Source: Sphagnum compactum (Eukaryota). From it: 64,000 nt of DNA. Position 1 is the stretch's first letter. Each line of letters starts with the position of its first letter. Positions 27,601 to 42,699 of the stretch are shown piece after piece. The stretch covers positions 4,092,001 to 4,156,000 of the forward strand of contig OZ234494.1 in assembly GCA_965153455.1 (NCBI GenBank). Reading direction: 5' to 3'. A program made the translations under genes and the position numbers. The notes beneath the pieces are model-generated. The model made no database searches. It was not told the DNA's origin and saw only the letters and a list, made by a program, of their open reading frames with translations.

Positions 27601-28292
27601 CATTGAAAATATAAAAAGAATAATAGATTTTTTTATTATCATTTATTGGTAAAAACCTCCATCGTGTAAGCCCCCAAGTAAGGAGGGCTTACATAGCTTC
27701 TTATTATTATTTTATTGTTTCCAAAAAAAGGAAAATCCTTCCATTTGTTTCTTGTATTGACTAATTAACAAAAATGTGCGAAAATCGTCATATTTGTATC
27801 CAATTTTTCACCGCTTTAATCCACTCGGCCATCTCTCCAGCCTAAAAATTTGCTTTTACTTTAACACGGTATGGGATTACAAGTCTATACTGCAGAGGTA
27901 ATTGACGCAATATATACGAAGTTATTTAAGAATTGAAAAAGAAAAAAGAGAAAGCATTTTTTCAAAGCGTTGGTATTATGAAATCGAGCCAAATGACCCT
28001 TTGTATTTTTTTCCAGCCCAGTCAGATACTGGCTAGGCCGCCCTTTTGTTTGTGAATAGGTAGATAAAGAATGAAGCGAATTATTGGTACAATTCCTTAC
28101 CTAATCTTAGAGCTAAAATACCCGTTATGAAAGCACTTACAAGAGCTATAATAATTTGACTGTCTGAGATTGATGACATCCCTTTATTTACTCCCCCAAT
28201 TATTCATGATATGAACCATCAATTCATCCATAAATTTCATCTAAATTAATCAAATTTTATTAATTTGAATGAAATTTCGGACAAATAGGCCT

Positions 28293-28517
28293 CTGCTTGG
28301 GAGCTTACGGTTTCATGTTCTATTTCACTCCCCGATGGGGGTTCTTTTCACCTTTCCCTTATGGTACTACTTTGCTATCAGTCACCCAGGAGTATTTAGC
28401 CTTGCAAGGTGGTCCTTGCTGATTCATACGGGATTCCACGTGCCCCATGCTACTCGGGTTAGAGCGTAAGCTAGTGATGCTTTCAGCTACTGGACTCTCA
28501 CCATCTGGGGTGCGGGA
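28293..28517 (-). pseudogene. rrn23: Plastid 23S rRNA fragment
   Basis: Reverse complement of 23S 5' domain sequence (caggagtatttagccttgcaaggtggtccttgctgattc). Confidence 0.9.
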
Positions 28518-28570
28518 AGCAACATGGCTTGCCAAAATCGTCTCGGATATGAAACCATATCTTTATAGGA

Positions 28571-28624
28571 CGTGAAATGGCTCATGCATGTTTATTGCCT
28601 GGAGTAACCAAATCTAGTCGGTAG
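28571..28624 (+). pseudogene. rps14: Plastid rps14 3' end
   Basis: REMAHACLLPGVTKSSR*; the consensus ends SSW*. Confidence 0.85.
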
Positions 28625-28844
28625 AGGTAGATTTCAAATAAACAGATTTAGGTGGAAAATTTTAGATGGAAAATGGAATTGAAAATCCCCCAAATTAATT
28701 GAGGGGACCGTGTGTCTGTTGAAGAATGAGCCGGCGACTTATAGGTGTTTCCATTTATTCCCTATTCTTAGTAGGAAAAATCATAGTGGAAAAAAAGAGT
28801 ATGATAGAGATTGAGGGAGATCTAGTTGTCGATTTGGTCTGATC

Positions 28845-28877
28845 AAGGTGATACTCTACCGCTGAGTTATATCCCTA
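28845..28877 (-). pseudogene. trnV: Plastid trnV-GAC 5' half fragment
   Basis: Reverse strand reads agggatataactcagcggtagagtatcacctt. Confidence 0.75.
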
Positions 28878-29640
28878 CCCCAAAGAGAACTTAAATTTTT
28901 CTTCCCCATTTTCGTTTTCCAGAAGTCGAGTAATCTATTACTATCTGATTTTGTAGAATACCCAAAAATAATTTCCTTATTAGCTACTTGAAATTATTTG
29001 TACTTTTTTTCGGGAGTAGTTTAATGGAACGAGAAACTTACTCAATTCATTAAAAACTTACTCAATTCATTAATAAATGAATCGAAGAAGCTTACCATTT
29101 CATTGAAGTACTCCTCTTTATTTATTGGGATTCGACGTATTTCTCGTAAGATTCGAAAACTTATCAGATACCGCTGTTGTATATGTTATACAACAGCGGT
29201 AGAACCAAACTTTTATCAAAAAATTCATTCCTTTGGATTATCAAAAAAAAAGGGGGGGGGGAGGGTAAAAAAACTGGAGAAAAAAAATAAATAGAATTGA
29301 ATATTTTTTTCCTCTTCCTCCAATCCCCTATATACTATATATACATCAGTAGCTTATTTTTATGTAGGCCTTCACAAAAGAGGATTGAATTATTTCAGTA
29401 AATATATCCAGTCGATTCCGGTGCTTCTACCAATTAATATTTGGAAGATTTCACACCTCCTTTTTAGGGAGAGCTAATGCTTGTTGGGCCTTTTGGTTTT
29501 ACGCTGCTTGACACCTAACTCGACACCTGAAAAGAAGCGAGCCACATCATTTGAGCAAAGCTCGGAGATGGAAATTCCTTCGAATGCTATAGTAAGTAGA
29601 CTTCTCCCTATTTTGGTCCCTTCATTTCAATGCACAATAA

Positions 29641-29787
<147 letters not shown>

Positions 29788-29876
29788 TGATTCGGGCCAC
29801 TAGTTTTTCTGGAAAATTCGTAAACCTCTTTTTTTTTCAATCCAATACCTTTTTCATCTAGATTTAGCAAATTCTA

Positions 29877-30175
<299 letters not shown>

Positions 30176-30820
30176 TAACATTTTGACCTTTTTGATTCTC
30201 GATCTTTTATTCTATTACTACTAATAATAAGTAAGAATAATTTCATATATTTTTCATCTCATAAGAAGGAAAACCTTTTCGACTTGACTTCCCCGGAGTG
30301 ATTATACTCCAAGGAAGTTATTTTGTACCTCCAGTTTACCTTTATTTATTGGTTTGTTTCATAATTGTAGAGAAGCTCCATCTTTTTTTTTAAAGATAAA
30401 GGAATAGATAGATCAAGCCCTTCTCATAATTATTTGAAACAAAACAAATCATTAATAATTTTCCGTAATGAGAAAATAAATCAAAAGGGACAGGCTCAGT
30501 AAAAACGAAAAATGTTTATTTTTCGTGGAAAACCGAGCGGGAAAGCCGAATGAATTAAAAGAAGTTACTAATTTGTAACTAATTTGGATATAACGTATTA
30601 CTGATATTTCGTAAGATATTAAACCTTTAGTAAGAATGAATTTCTGCAAATGGACTCGACTATGCCTTTACCCAAGGAGAAGATACTGTCTTAGCCGGGG
30701 GGGAGGGGGGGGGGGTGAGAAAAAGATGAAAATAAAGTACTTTACATATATAGATTACATATGCTATAATTATATCGTAAAAAAAAGATGAAGACTTAAT
30801 TATTCATTTTTTATTGATTC

Positions 30821-31262
<442 letters not shown>

Positions 31263-31402
31263 TAGTTAGACGCCCTCAAATTGATTACTAGCTCCTTTAT
31301 GAGCTGGGTTCAGAACGTTATCTGTTGTATTAGCAGATAATTTATACATAAATGGGAGATGCATCGCCACGCGTAATCAAGATATTACAGCTGGTCTTGC
31401 AT

Positions 31403-31527
31403 TTCAGGTGTCGAGTTAGGTGTCAAGCAGCGTAAAACCAAAAGGCCCAACAAGCATTAGCTCTCCCTAAAAAAGAGGTGATCCAGCCGCACCTTCCAGT
31501 ACGGCTACCTTGTTACGACTTCACTCC
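31403..31527 (-). pseudogene. rrn16: Plastid 16S rRNA 3' end plus spacer
   Basis: gaggtgatccagccgcaccttccagtacggctaccttgttacgactt; the spacer portion is also present inverted at ~29452-29532. Confidence 0.9.
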
Positions 31528-31590
31528 ATCTTCAGTCATCGATAAACAATTCGTGGGACAATTTTCGACACAGTTTCCGCAGAAGATACA
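31528..31590 (-). pseudogene. ndhI: Plastid ndhI fragment
   Basis: [20 protein letters not shown]. Confidence 0.9.
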
Positions 31591-31861
31591 AACTCCGAAA
31601 TCAATACTATAATTTTTAATTGTTTTTTCCTCCTATTCTTTCTTAAATGAATACCTATTATGACTAACTATCGGAATAAATGAAAAATGAAATTGACGAA
31701 TAAAGAAGAAATATTACGAGTGAAAGAACTCGAATAATTTTTTTTTAAGGTAGAGGAAGAGGGATAAAATTCCACTCATTTTGTAATAAAATTGAAAATA
31801 AGGAAATTTTTTGAATCCTTTTGTATATATACGGAGTTTATCGCAACCCATAAGTGCGTAG

Positions 31862-31957
<96 letters not shown>

Positions 31958-32126
31958 TGATCAAATATTAAGTTATATTTATTATTACTATTATAGGCCT
32001 CCCTAAAAAAAAGAAGGAGGTCCGAAATAGATAAATTCCCATTTTTTTTTGTTTATCATTCCTCTCCCATTTCTTTTTCTTTTGATATTTTTTGGCAACA
32101 AATTATAGGTAATTCCATTTTTTACC

Positions 32127-32684
32127 CTATTGCTTTTTCCCTGTGCCTATTTCTCACTAGGTGGGTGGTTCACAGGTACAACTTTTGTGACTTCATGGTA
32201 TACTCATGGGTTGGCTAGTTCTTATCTAGAAGGTTGTAACTTCCTAACCGCTGCAGTTTCGACCCCTGCTAATAGTTTAGCACATTCTTTGGTACTTCTA
32301 TGGGGTCCTGAAGCACAAGGAGATTTTACTCGTTGGTGTCAATTAGGAGGTTTATGGACCTTCGTCGCTCTTCACGGAGTTTTTGCTATGATAGGCTTCA
32401 TGTTGCGTCAATTTGAACTTGCTCGATCTGTACAATTACGTCCTTATAATGCAATTGCTTTTTCTACTCCAATTGTTGTTTTTGTTTCTGTATTTCTGAT
32501 TTATCCTCTGTTTCGCGCCCAGCTTCGGTGTAGCAGCTATTTTCTGAGCATATTTTTTTTTCAAGGTTTTCATAATTGGACTTTAAACCCATTTCATATG
32601 ATGGGAGTTGCTGGAGTATTAGGAGCTGCTCTTCTATGTGCTATTCACGGTGCTATCGTGGAAAATACTTTGTTTGAGGATGGT
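32127..32684 (+). pseudogene. psbD: Plastid psbD fragment with internal deletion and compensating frameshift
   Basis: [28 protein letters not shown] ... VENTLFEDG; the GQSGW segment is missing near 32510. Confidence 0.95.
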
Positions 32685-32752
32685 CTAATATCCCACGCAT
32701 GCTCGCTTCCGCTTCGTCCACACCTGCTCGCGCTGTTGCTTCCCCCTAAGGC

Positions 32753-32855
32753 GGGAAAACTGACACCTCAAGAAGCAGAGGAATCTTTACGTGCCGCAGA
32801 GGGTAAATTATTACAAGCTATATTTGGTATTCAAGTAGATACAGCAAGAGAAACT
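32753..32855 (+). pseudogene. rpoB: Plastid rpoB fragment
   Basis: [28 protein letters not shown]. Confidence 0.85.
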
Positions 32856-32965
32856 TACTTTTGTATCATTCCACTATTCGGAATAGACCACTATTCGGAA
32901 TAGATCGATCGAATTATTCAACAATGGAGGAATCGTTACAATAAATTCCAAGTTGGGTTACAATT

Positions 32966-33110
32966 TCCTAAACCGTGAAAACGGGGTTGTGGGAGAGCAA
33001 TATAAGTGTTGTGTTGCTAGGCAAAGCGGTTGAGTCCCGCACCCCAGATGGTGAGAGTCCAGTAGCCGAAAGCATCACTAGCTTACGCTCTAACCCGAGT
33101 AGCATGGGGC
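32966..33110 (+). pseudogene. rrn23: Plastid 23S rRNA fragment
   Basis: gagagtccagtagccgaaagcatcactagcttacgctct; overlaps in sequence with the inverted 28440-28517. Confidence 0.9.
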
Positions 33111-33133
33111 ACAATTTTTTAAAATCGCAATAA

Positions 33134-33227
33134 TTTTATTTTGTCTACCGCCGGTGGTTCTATCTTCATTTTAATAGGAGCCTTAACCATGGGACTCTAT
33201 GAATCTAATGAACCAACACTGGATTTT
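33134..33227 (+). pseudogene. ndhD: Plastid ndhD fragment
   Basis: [31 protein letters not shown]. Confidence 0.85.
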
Positions 33228-33282
33228 CATTCGATACATCGTTTAATATAACTCCATGTAATGGTCAATCCCGGTGTCGCGA

Positions 33283-33820
<538 letters not shown>

Positions 33821-34228
33821 TTATTAACTATTAGCTGGTAAAAGTGTCAATTTATTTCTTAGAAATCATTGATAATAAATAGGGTCACACCATGTGTCAA
33901 GATCTTGGTGTATATAGTTTTTAACTCTACCACTGAGTTAAAGGGGCGAGTAATCGAGTAAACTACTGAAGAAACAAATTTATATATAGTGTGTAATAAG
34001 AATAGTATCGTTGTCAACCCAATCTAAATAAATTTATATGAAACCGGAAATTCCAATTTTATATGTTTCTGTTTGCTTCTCTCCCCACATACATAGTATA
34101 AAAAATAAGGGGTGGGAGGTCTTTCGTAATAGATACAGTTAATAATTCTTTCTCTTCATAAAATATTATTAGATCGGATGGAGATCGAAGACAACCGGTA
34201 GAAAATAGAACAAAATCTCCAGCTCTTC

Positions 34229-34285
34229 GGGGATGTCCTCAGCGTAGAGGAGTATGTACTAGGGTGTATGTGCGACTCGTTTGGA
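34229..34285 (+). pseudogene. rps12: Plastid rps12 exon 1 end plus start of its group II intron
   Basis: [13 protein letters not shown] immediately followed by gtgcgact (GUGYG group II intron 5' end). Confidence 0.85.
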
Positions 34286-34418
34286 TTAGAAACTTAAAAA
34301 TAATAAATAGGGATCGGTATGGCAGAAGAACTCTTTTGTTATGGTAAAGTTTCGATCTATCAATTACCTATACGGTAAATGAAATTTATGGTTCCCATCG
34401 GTGCGAATCCAATTATCT

Positions 34419-34565
34419 CGAAAGGCCCCCCCAGTATTATTTTCAAAGCTTGTTGAATTATTTTGATCGATTCCCTCATTTCTCCAATTCGTACCAAATA
34501 ACGAGCTAATGAATCGCCTCCTATTTGCCATTGTATCTGCCAATCCAATTCATCGTAACACTCAT
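34419..34565 (-). pseudogene. ndhH: Plastid ndhH fragment
   Basis: [50 protein letters not shown]. Confidence 0.9.
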
Positions 34566-35144
34566 CCCCCCCCCCCCCCCGCGGGGGGGGGTGGTAGACA
34601 GACGAAATAATTGAAATGAAATTGTGAAATATAAACTATGTCAAACAGTATCGATCGTTTCAAACTCAAATTTGATTTCTTTCCATACTTCACATAGTTT
34701 TTACCTCCTTTTCTTCTCCCGATTCTATATGTTTCTTCCGACTATATCACAAAATTATTGGTTATATTGCGAAAAAAAGATAGGATAGATTCATAACACC
34801 TGTGTCAGTTTTTATATTTATAATAAATAACTTTCTAGATGATCCTTTTCAAAAAAAAAAGTAATATTTTCATATTACTTCAAAAACTATTTTTAATTAC
34901 TTTGTTCCTCATTTCTATTCGATCGAATCATTAGGGAAATATTTTATACCGAGCCTTTGAACGGAAAAAAATTGATAGGTTTAGCAAACTAAAATTATCG
35001 CGTCATGGCTAATCTGCTTCAATTTATCCATTTTCATCGAATTGGTCAAAGATTCAGTTCCGATATAAAAAAATATTTTGGTTTTCTATCCATAGATTCC
35101 TGGCTGAAACAAATACAGTTTCGGAAATATCCCGCGTTGTTTTA

Positions 35145-35550
<406 letters not shown>

Positions 35551-35711
35551 AAAAAAATATAGGACTGATGCAAGTAGTTTATCACGGAGGATTCCACAAT
35601 CACTAAGAAAAAAAGAGCTACCTAATTTGGCCATATTTATTCATGTTTGTGGGCCTCACGCAGTTGATCAGCCTGATATAGATATCCGTAAGTTATCGAA
35701 ACTATCTCGGA

Positions 35712-35884
35712 CTATAATTACTTGGCTCATATTTGCAATTTATTTACATACTAGAATGAATAGAGGTTGGCAAGGTAGAAAATCAGCAATTGTAACTTCT
35801 TTGGGATTTCTTATAATTTGGATTTGTTATTTAGGAGTTAATTCATTGGGAAGGGGTTTGCATAGTTATGGATGGTTAATATAG
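35712..35884 (+). pseudogene. ccsA: Plastid ccsA 3' end
   Basis: [53 protein letters not shown]. Confidence 0.9.
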
Positions 35885-36029
35885 TACGCAATTAGGAGAA
35901 TTTATTGGGAAAAAAGATCAGGTATAAAGAAGTAATGAGTAGAATGACGGGATTAACATTCAAAAGGTTACGCGGTCAATGCCTCAAAAAAAGTGAGGAA
36001 AAAAAGGAATGGAAATGACTAACTGGGTT

Positions 36030-36212
36030 GCATCTTCGAAATTATAACCTTCCCATGGCATATATGTTACTAAAACATTCTTTCCCAGAGCCAGTTCTCC
36101 TCTTGAAGTAGCTGCACCGTCTACTATGAGTTGTCCCTTTTTAAAAAAAAATTTCTTATTAACTTGGGATTCTTGATGCACACAAGTACTATTATTGGAA
36201 CGTTGATATATA
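36030..36212 (-). pseudogene. rpoB: Plastid rpoB fragment
   Basis: [12 protein letters not shown] ... [24 protein letters not shown]. Confidence 0.9.
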
Positions 36213-36236
36213 ATCAAATTCGTATCTACTCTCTTA

Positions 36237-37467
<1,231 letters not shown>

Positions 37468-38739
37468 ATTGCTTGTATTACTTTATGGTTGCTTAATATC
37501 TATTCGTATCTACTCTCTTATTATGGAGGTGTTGCCTACCACCCATGCTCTCCAGACCCCAGTGTGGAGCCGAATAAGGATTGAGAACAAAAATGACTTG
37601 TGCTTTTTTGATGGAATACTTTATGCTAGACAGAGATAGAATGTGGCTAAAGACAGTAACTCATCAAAATTCTCCAGAGTTAAGATAATTGTGAAGTAAC
37701 CACCTATCCAAAGTGGGGATGCAAGCTGGGTCTGTGAGGGATGGAAGTTGGGATGTAGCCAACCCCACTGCAGCTCCTCATTGTAGGGTAGAAATCCCAT
37801 GCATCTTTTGAGGTATGATTCAAACTTAAAAGGTTCAATCTCCCTCTTGTACCTGGCAACCACATTTGCAGAATGTCATTACTACTGACCTGATGTTTTG
37901 AGTCTGGCAGACTTAGAGCATACCAATCTTTGAAGTAGGGAAAGTGGAAGAAAAGTCGGGGGGCTGACACAGACAGCTGGTTGTTTAAGACATGGAAACT
38001 CAGGCAAATTGGGTTGAATCCTGAGAAATAGGGGGAAAAGGAAACATTACTTGTATGTGTTCCTGCCTTGATGATGCAGCAAATGCCAGCAAAGATCTCA
38101 AGGAGAAGCTGCCATCTGCAGCTTGCAATTTGAGGAGATGAAGAGTTTTTGAGAAGTACACTTTGATCAAGGGCACTGCTACTGAGGGCAGAGGGGTTAT
38201 CCAGAATATACCCAAATATCCAAAGATCTCTTATGAACAAGTAAATCAAGCTCCTGCATGTGTGACATAGAAAGCAAGAAATATAGTAACCATTAAAGGA
38301 CTGTTGCATCCTGTTCCAAGGACGATGTGCCTTCAAAGAATCACAGAACCATCATCAATGACCCAATATGTCTTCAACATGGCAAAACAAACATCCATTC
38401 ATTTGAACTCCATGGCTGGCTTCCACTGTATGAATGGAGTATCACAAGACCATAAGGTTGTGCAAGAGAGTACCAACAGCGAAAACATTGGGCTACTCTT
38501 GCTGATACAGGGTTTGCAAGAAAGCCAAGCACACTCTTGAATGAAAACTTTCAACTTTCAAGTTAGTGAGCATCTTTTTGTGGGGAATGTGAGGAGAATT
38601 GATCAGATTTGTGCTCAAAGAAGACTTTCCAGTGTTTGCTTACAGCTACCTAGTTAACTTGATGTAAACAAACCGTGTCTGGACTGAAAGCACAATCAAT
38701 CCTATCTCACTTACCAACTGTCACTGTTGAGCTTCCTTT

Positions 38740-40026
38740 TCATTGCAATGGGACAACAGCAAGCCCTTGCTTCTTTGCCTCTTTTTCAGCAAGCATGGCA
38801 GCATGCATTTCCCTCTCCTTCTGTCCCCTAGAACCCTGTTCATATACCACCCTTCTTCTCTTTGTCTTCTTCTGTGTTTGCATTCGAGGCTCAAGGATTC
38901 CCCGCCGCTGCAAACTCTTAAACCTGTCCCTCACAAGCAATGGATAGCCCTTCAACTTCCTCAATGAACCTGTCACCTCTTCTGTTAACAGCACCTGCAC
39001 AGGCTCTGGTTTGAATTTGTGCTTGCCCAGCCGTGGTGGTCCTTGTGCCCTCTTCTCCTCCTTGGAAACATTTCGGCGAATTCGTCTTCTTTCCTTCTCC
39101 AGATCTTCCTTCTGAATCAAATCCATGATCTGAGGAAGCCGTTGCACATCTTTCTGCAACTTGAGCTTCTTCAATCTCTCTGCTTCAGCTTTCAAAACTC
39201 CTTTCCTCCTCGCCTTCCGATTCAGCTCTGCTTTTGTAAGCTTCTTATATTTTGCTGACTTGAGGTTTGAAGCTGAAGAAGCTACAGTCACATCGTCTTC
39301 TTCAATTTTTTCCTCATTAGCATCATCCTCATAATCTGCATCTATGAAGAACATGTCCTCTTCGTCGACAACCACAGCACCACCACCCACAACGGCAGTC
39401 GGGATTGGAGCTGGTTCCAGATCTTTCTTCAAAACCTTCTGCATCTCCTCAGCCACAGCAAGTCCTAGAACTTCCTGATGGTCCTCAAATGTAGGATTGT
39501 AAGAGCAACCTGGTTCATCCACCACAACTGCAGGCGCGGCTTCAATCCTAAACCTCTTGGCGTCATACTTCTTTTTCTCTAGGGTTTTCTCAGAGATCAT
39601 CTCATCACCACCCTCGCCCCACATATCAAACACAGAAGATTTCGAGTCCATCACTATCTTCCGGGCCGCCGCTGACGCAGTGGATTTTGGTGGCATGGAG
39701 GACACCCTTGAAAGAGGCTTTGCAACATCCCTATCCTTCCGTTTCTTGTGGGAGTGGCCCGGCTCCTTGAGGACGGGAATAAGAGTGTTCCGCTGCAAAA
39801 TACTATCCGCCTGCAGTATCTTGGAACGATGTTTATGGACTTTGCGAGCTACTGTTACATCCTTGGTCTTATCAACGAAGAACAGAGACTCACTAGGCAA
39901 GGCGTCCAAAGCTCCGCCGCTGCGCTCATCTAACGCTGTCTTCTCCACCAACAGGTCCAACTCCTGCGTGCCGATGTTCTTCCTCCATTCCTTCTTCCCT
40001 TTCCTCGATGTCTTCGACTTCCCCAT
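38740..40026 (-). CDS. NOP53: Ribosome biogenesis protein NOP53 (GLTSCR2/PICT1), single-exon CDS
   Basis: 428 aa ORF: MGKSKTSRKGKKEWRKNI, LFFVD (Mtr4 arch-interacting motif), GCSYNPTFEDHQ, PPRLGKHKF...VQVLLTEEVTGSLRKLK...RDRFKSLQRRGILEPR. Confidence 0.95.
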   Translation of the reverse strand: MGKSKTSRKGKKEWRKNIGTQELDLLVEKTALDERSGGALDALPSESLFFVDKTKDVTVARKVHKHRSKILQADSILQRNTLIPVLKEPGHSHKKRKDRDVAKPLSRVSSMPPKSTASAAARKIVMDSKSSVFDMWGEGGDEMISEKTLEKKKYDAKRFRIEAAPAVVVDEPGCSYNPTFEDHQEVLGLAVAEEMQKVLKKDLEPAPIPTAVVGGGAVVVDEEDMFFIDADYEDDANEEKIEEDDVTVASSASNLKSAKYKKLTKAELNRKARRKGVLKAEAERLKKLKLQKDVQRLPQIMDLIQKEDLEKERRRIRRNVSKEEKRAQGPPRLGKHKFKPEPVQVLLTEEVTGSLRKLKGYPLLVRDRFKSLQRRGILEPRMQTQKKTKRRRVVYEQGSRGQKEREMHAAMLAEKEAKKQGLAVVPLQ

Positions 40027-40194
40027 CCTATTACTTTACAACTACTGTTGCTTCTTCCTCTCTCTCTCCCTCGCCCCCTCTCTCCTTCCTTCACCAAAAC
40101 TTCGTGCCGCAGTTCTTTCTCCGCTCCAAAACCTCGCGACCTTCGCAAAACCCTCGTCTCTCCTGCGTCTTCTCGTGTATGTCGTTGATGTTCC

Positions 40195-40330
40195 CCCTAA
40201 CCCTAACCCTAACCCTAATCCACATACCCATTGTGCAGATTGTGCAAACCATTACACTATGGAATGTGCTGGGTTGTGCCCCATAATGTCCCTGTGAGGA
40301 ACTTGAGTGAGGGTGGGTTTAGGGTTAAAT
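40195..40330 (-). promoter_or_regulatory. Telo-box-like motifs upstream of NOP53
   Basis: (ccctaa)4 at ~40195-40218 and gggtttagggtt at ~40315, 170-300 bp upstream of the ATG. Telo-boxes are known in plant ribosome-biogenesis promoters, but similar motifs occur elsewhere in this window. Confidence 0.45.
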
Positions 40331-41109
40331 TTTAACTAAAGTTAAATTTTTACCTTGTGTCCACACATGCAAAGGTAGCTACCTCCAAATCCTACATGGA
40401 TGTCTATGTGGCAGGGGAAGTTAATTTAGAGGTTGCTAGCCTAATTGCTACCTCTGAAATCTACAAAAATCCTAGATTTTCCCTCAAAAATTCAGAGATA
40501 GCTAACTTCTCAAAAAATGTCTAGATAATTTTGTGCTAACTTAGCATTCCCACCTATGACCTTCGCACGCACAAAAATTTGCCGTTCAGGCAATAGTGCA
40601 ACGTTCTCCCAAATGTACCTACATTCTCCTTTGGCACAATAAGCAAGCTCAATTTTTAGGTTCCTTTCCATTCTCTTAGCAAGTTTGGCATCGTAACAAT
40701 AACAAGCATGGACTAGGTGTCTAGTGTCATAACAAGAGCAAACCAAAGCAAATGTTTGGTGTTGCAACAACAAAAAAAACAAAACATGGATGGCAATGAG
40801 AATCCAAGATTTGATGCTGATGCATAGGTTTTTGATAAACCACCTAAGCTTAAGCTTCACTCCTTATTCTTCCTTTGTCAAATTCATGCATGTAAACAAA
40901 ATGTAACAAGATGACTTGCATTAGTATCAAATTTTTAATCATTGACAATTTTTTTTAAAAATGCACAAGGGTTGTTGAATTTAATAATGGTAACTTTTTT
41001 CCACCTATTATTGTACCATCAAGATTTAAGAACAATAGCAAGGGAAAAAGAAAAACGGAAGCCTCTAGAAATTTTGTAGCTAATGTTATATCCATAAGGA
41101 CGCCAAGAC

Positions 41110-41490
41110 AATAGAATTGGGAACAACAAGAAGTTGTATCCTTAATTCTGGCAAAAAAAAGGACCATGAAATTTCATTAGGTGTAGTGGATTCTAGAGAC
41201 TACTTTGAAAACATAAGTGTGAAATGGAAAAAAGCTCTACATTAGTGATGGCATCTAGCCATAGCACACACATCAAAAATAGGCGTGCTTGCAAGGAAAA
41301 ATGGACAACAATTTATAATGATTACAAGTAGATTCGGGATTACACAATTGGGACGGGACATAATGAAGAGTTTTGGAACATGTCTATCACAAATAAGGTC
41401 AACATGAACTTGCCGAAGGTGTTTAAGAAGAACATCTATGAGATAATCAACTCCTTCATGAAAACAAAACCCATATTCCAACCATCGCAT
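41110..41490 (+). pseudogene. Myb/SANT (trihelix-like) DNA-binding ORF remnant
   Basis: NWEQQEVVSLILAK ... RRACKEKWTTIYNDYK*IRDYTIGTGHNEEFWNMSITNKVNMNLPKVFKKNIYEII. Confidence 0.75.
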
Positions 41491-42699
41491 TCTAGGGATT
41501 TCATGGATCCGAACAAATGCAATGTATAACCCCTCTCTTCAAGAAACATAATCTATAGCAGTAACTGGTGAAGGATCCCCCATGCGTGAAGTTGATTTGA
41601 ATGCAGAACCAATGTACATGGTGTTCAATGTTGATGGCAAATTGATCTCCAGTCCTACAACACCTACCATAGTTCCATACAAATCTCACAACACTCACTA
41701 TTCCAAATAGTCTTGCAACACCCACAATCCTATTGAGTCAAAATGCAAGTGGACATTAGTCATATGGGCTTCCTCTATCGAACCTTGCTACACTTCACAT
41801 GCGCAACAATGTGACAAAAAAAGGAATGAAGTTTTAAGAACCACCCTTTCAAAATTCTCCTTGCATGCTTAGAGCTTGATAAAAAAAACATTGTCCACTA
41901 AAAATTAACAACCATGCAAGTGGTGTAGGTATAGAATCCTCAACGCAAGTTGGCAATCATACTACAAAATGAACACCATCAAGTGGATATCACATTGGCA
42001 ACATGTGGGTCTGTAAGAAAAAAATTACTATTCAAAAAAATTTGGTGGAAGGAACAAAGAAAGGTTCCAAGGCCTTGGTGGAGTCCATTGATCTCATTTA
42101 ATTAATGAACCTATAAATTGAAGAGCAATGAAAGATTATCTAACATGAAATCTTGCACAAACAGCTGTAGTATTTTCAACATTGAAATGTAGAAATCAAT
42201 TAAACACAAATGAGTATGGTGAAGGTTATTGTTGGTATGACAAAGATTATGGGCTAAACATTTGTAAGACAGAATAATCCAAGACAAATTTCCAAAATTC
42301 AACGGGGCTTATCAAATGTGGAAGGTTATAATCATGAAAATCAATTAAATTCGAACCTAGACCTTTGAATACTTGAGTGTACCTGTAGATGATCTTAATA
42401 TAAAAATGTTAAATGATACACGATACTTTGAAATCAAATGCACAACATGTTAGCATGGGATGATTAAAATAAATATGAGTAGATTTGATCATACCTACAA
42501 ATATTTTTAATGTAGATGTCACATTTGATTTCGTTGAGTTGCAATGTAAATTTCCAATTGTTTCCAATGCTCTTCACCAGAATGTTCTTGTCCTTTTAAC
42601 CCCACTTGCACCTTTGCATTAGTAGTGACCGCATTACTTTGTACATTGTTTTCTATTGTCTTTAACTCCAAAATTTGAAATAGCTCCTGAATATAGATT

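Noticed and set aside
32130-32903. Functional psbD gene
   Set aside because: It is truncated at both ends, has an internal deletion and substitutions at invariant residues, and is fused to rpoB. It is a NUPT pseudogene.
37621-38336. Minus-strand ORFs of 80 and 210 aa downstream of NOP53
   Set aside because: They have no recognisable motif or convincing exon chain. They may be UTR or non-coding, and I cannot resolve this without expression data.
39557-40297. 246 aa plus-strand ORF
   Set aside because: It is an antisense shadow of NOP53.
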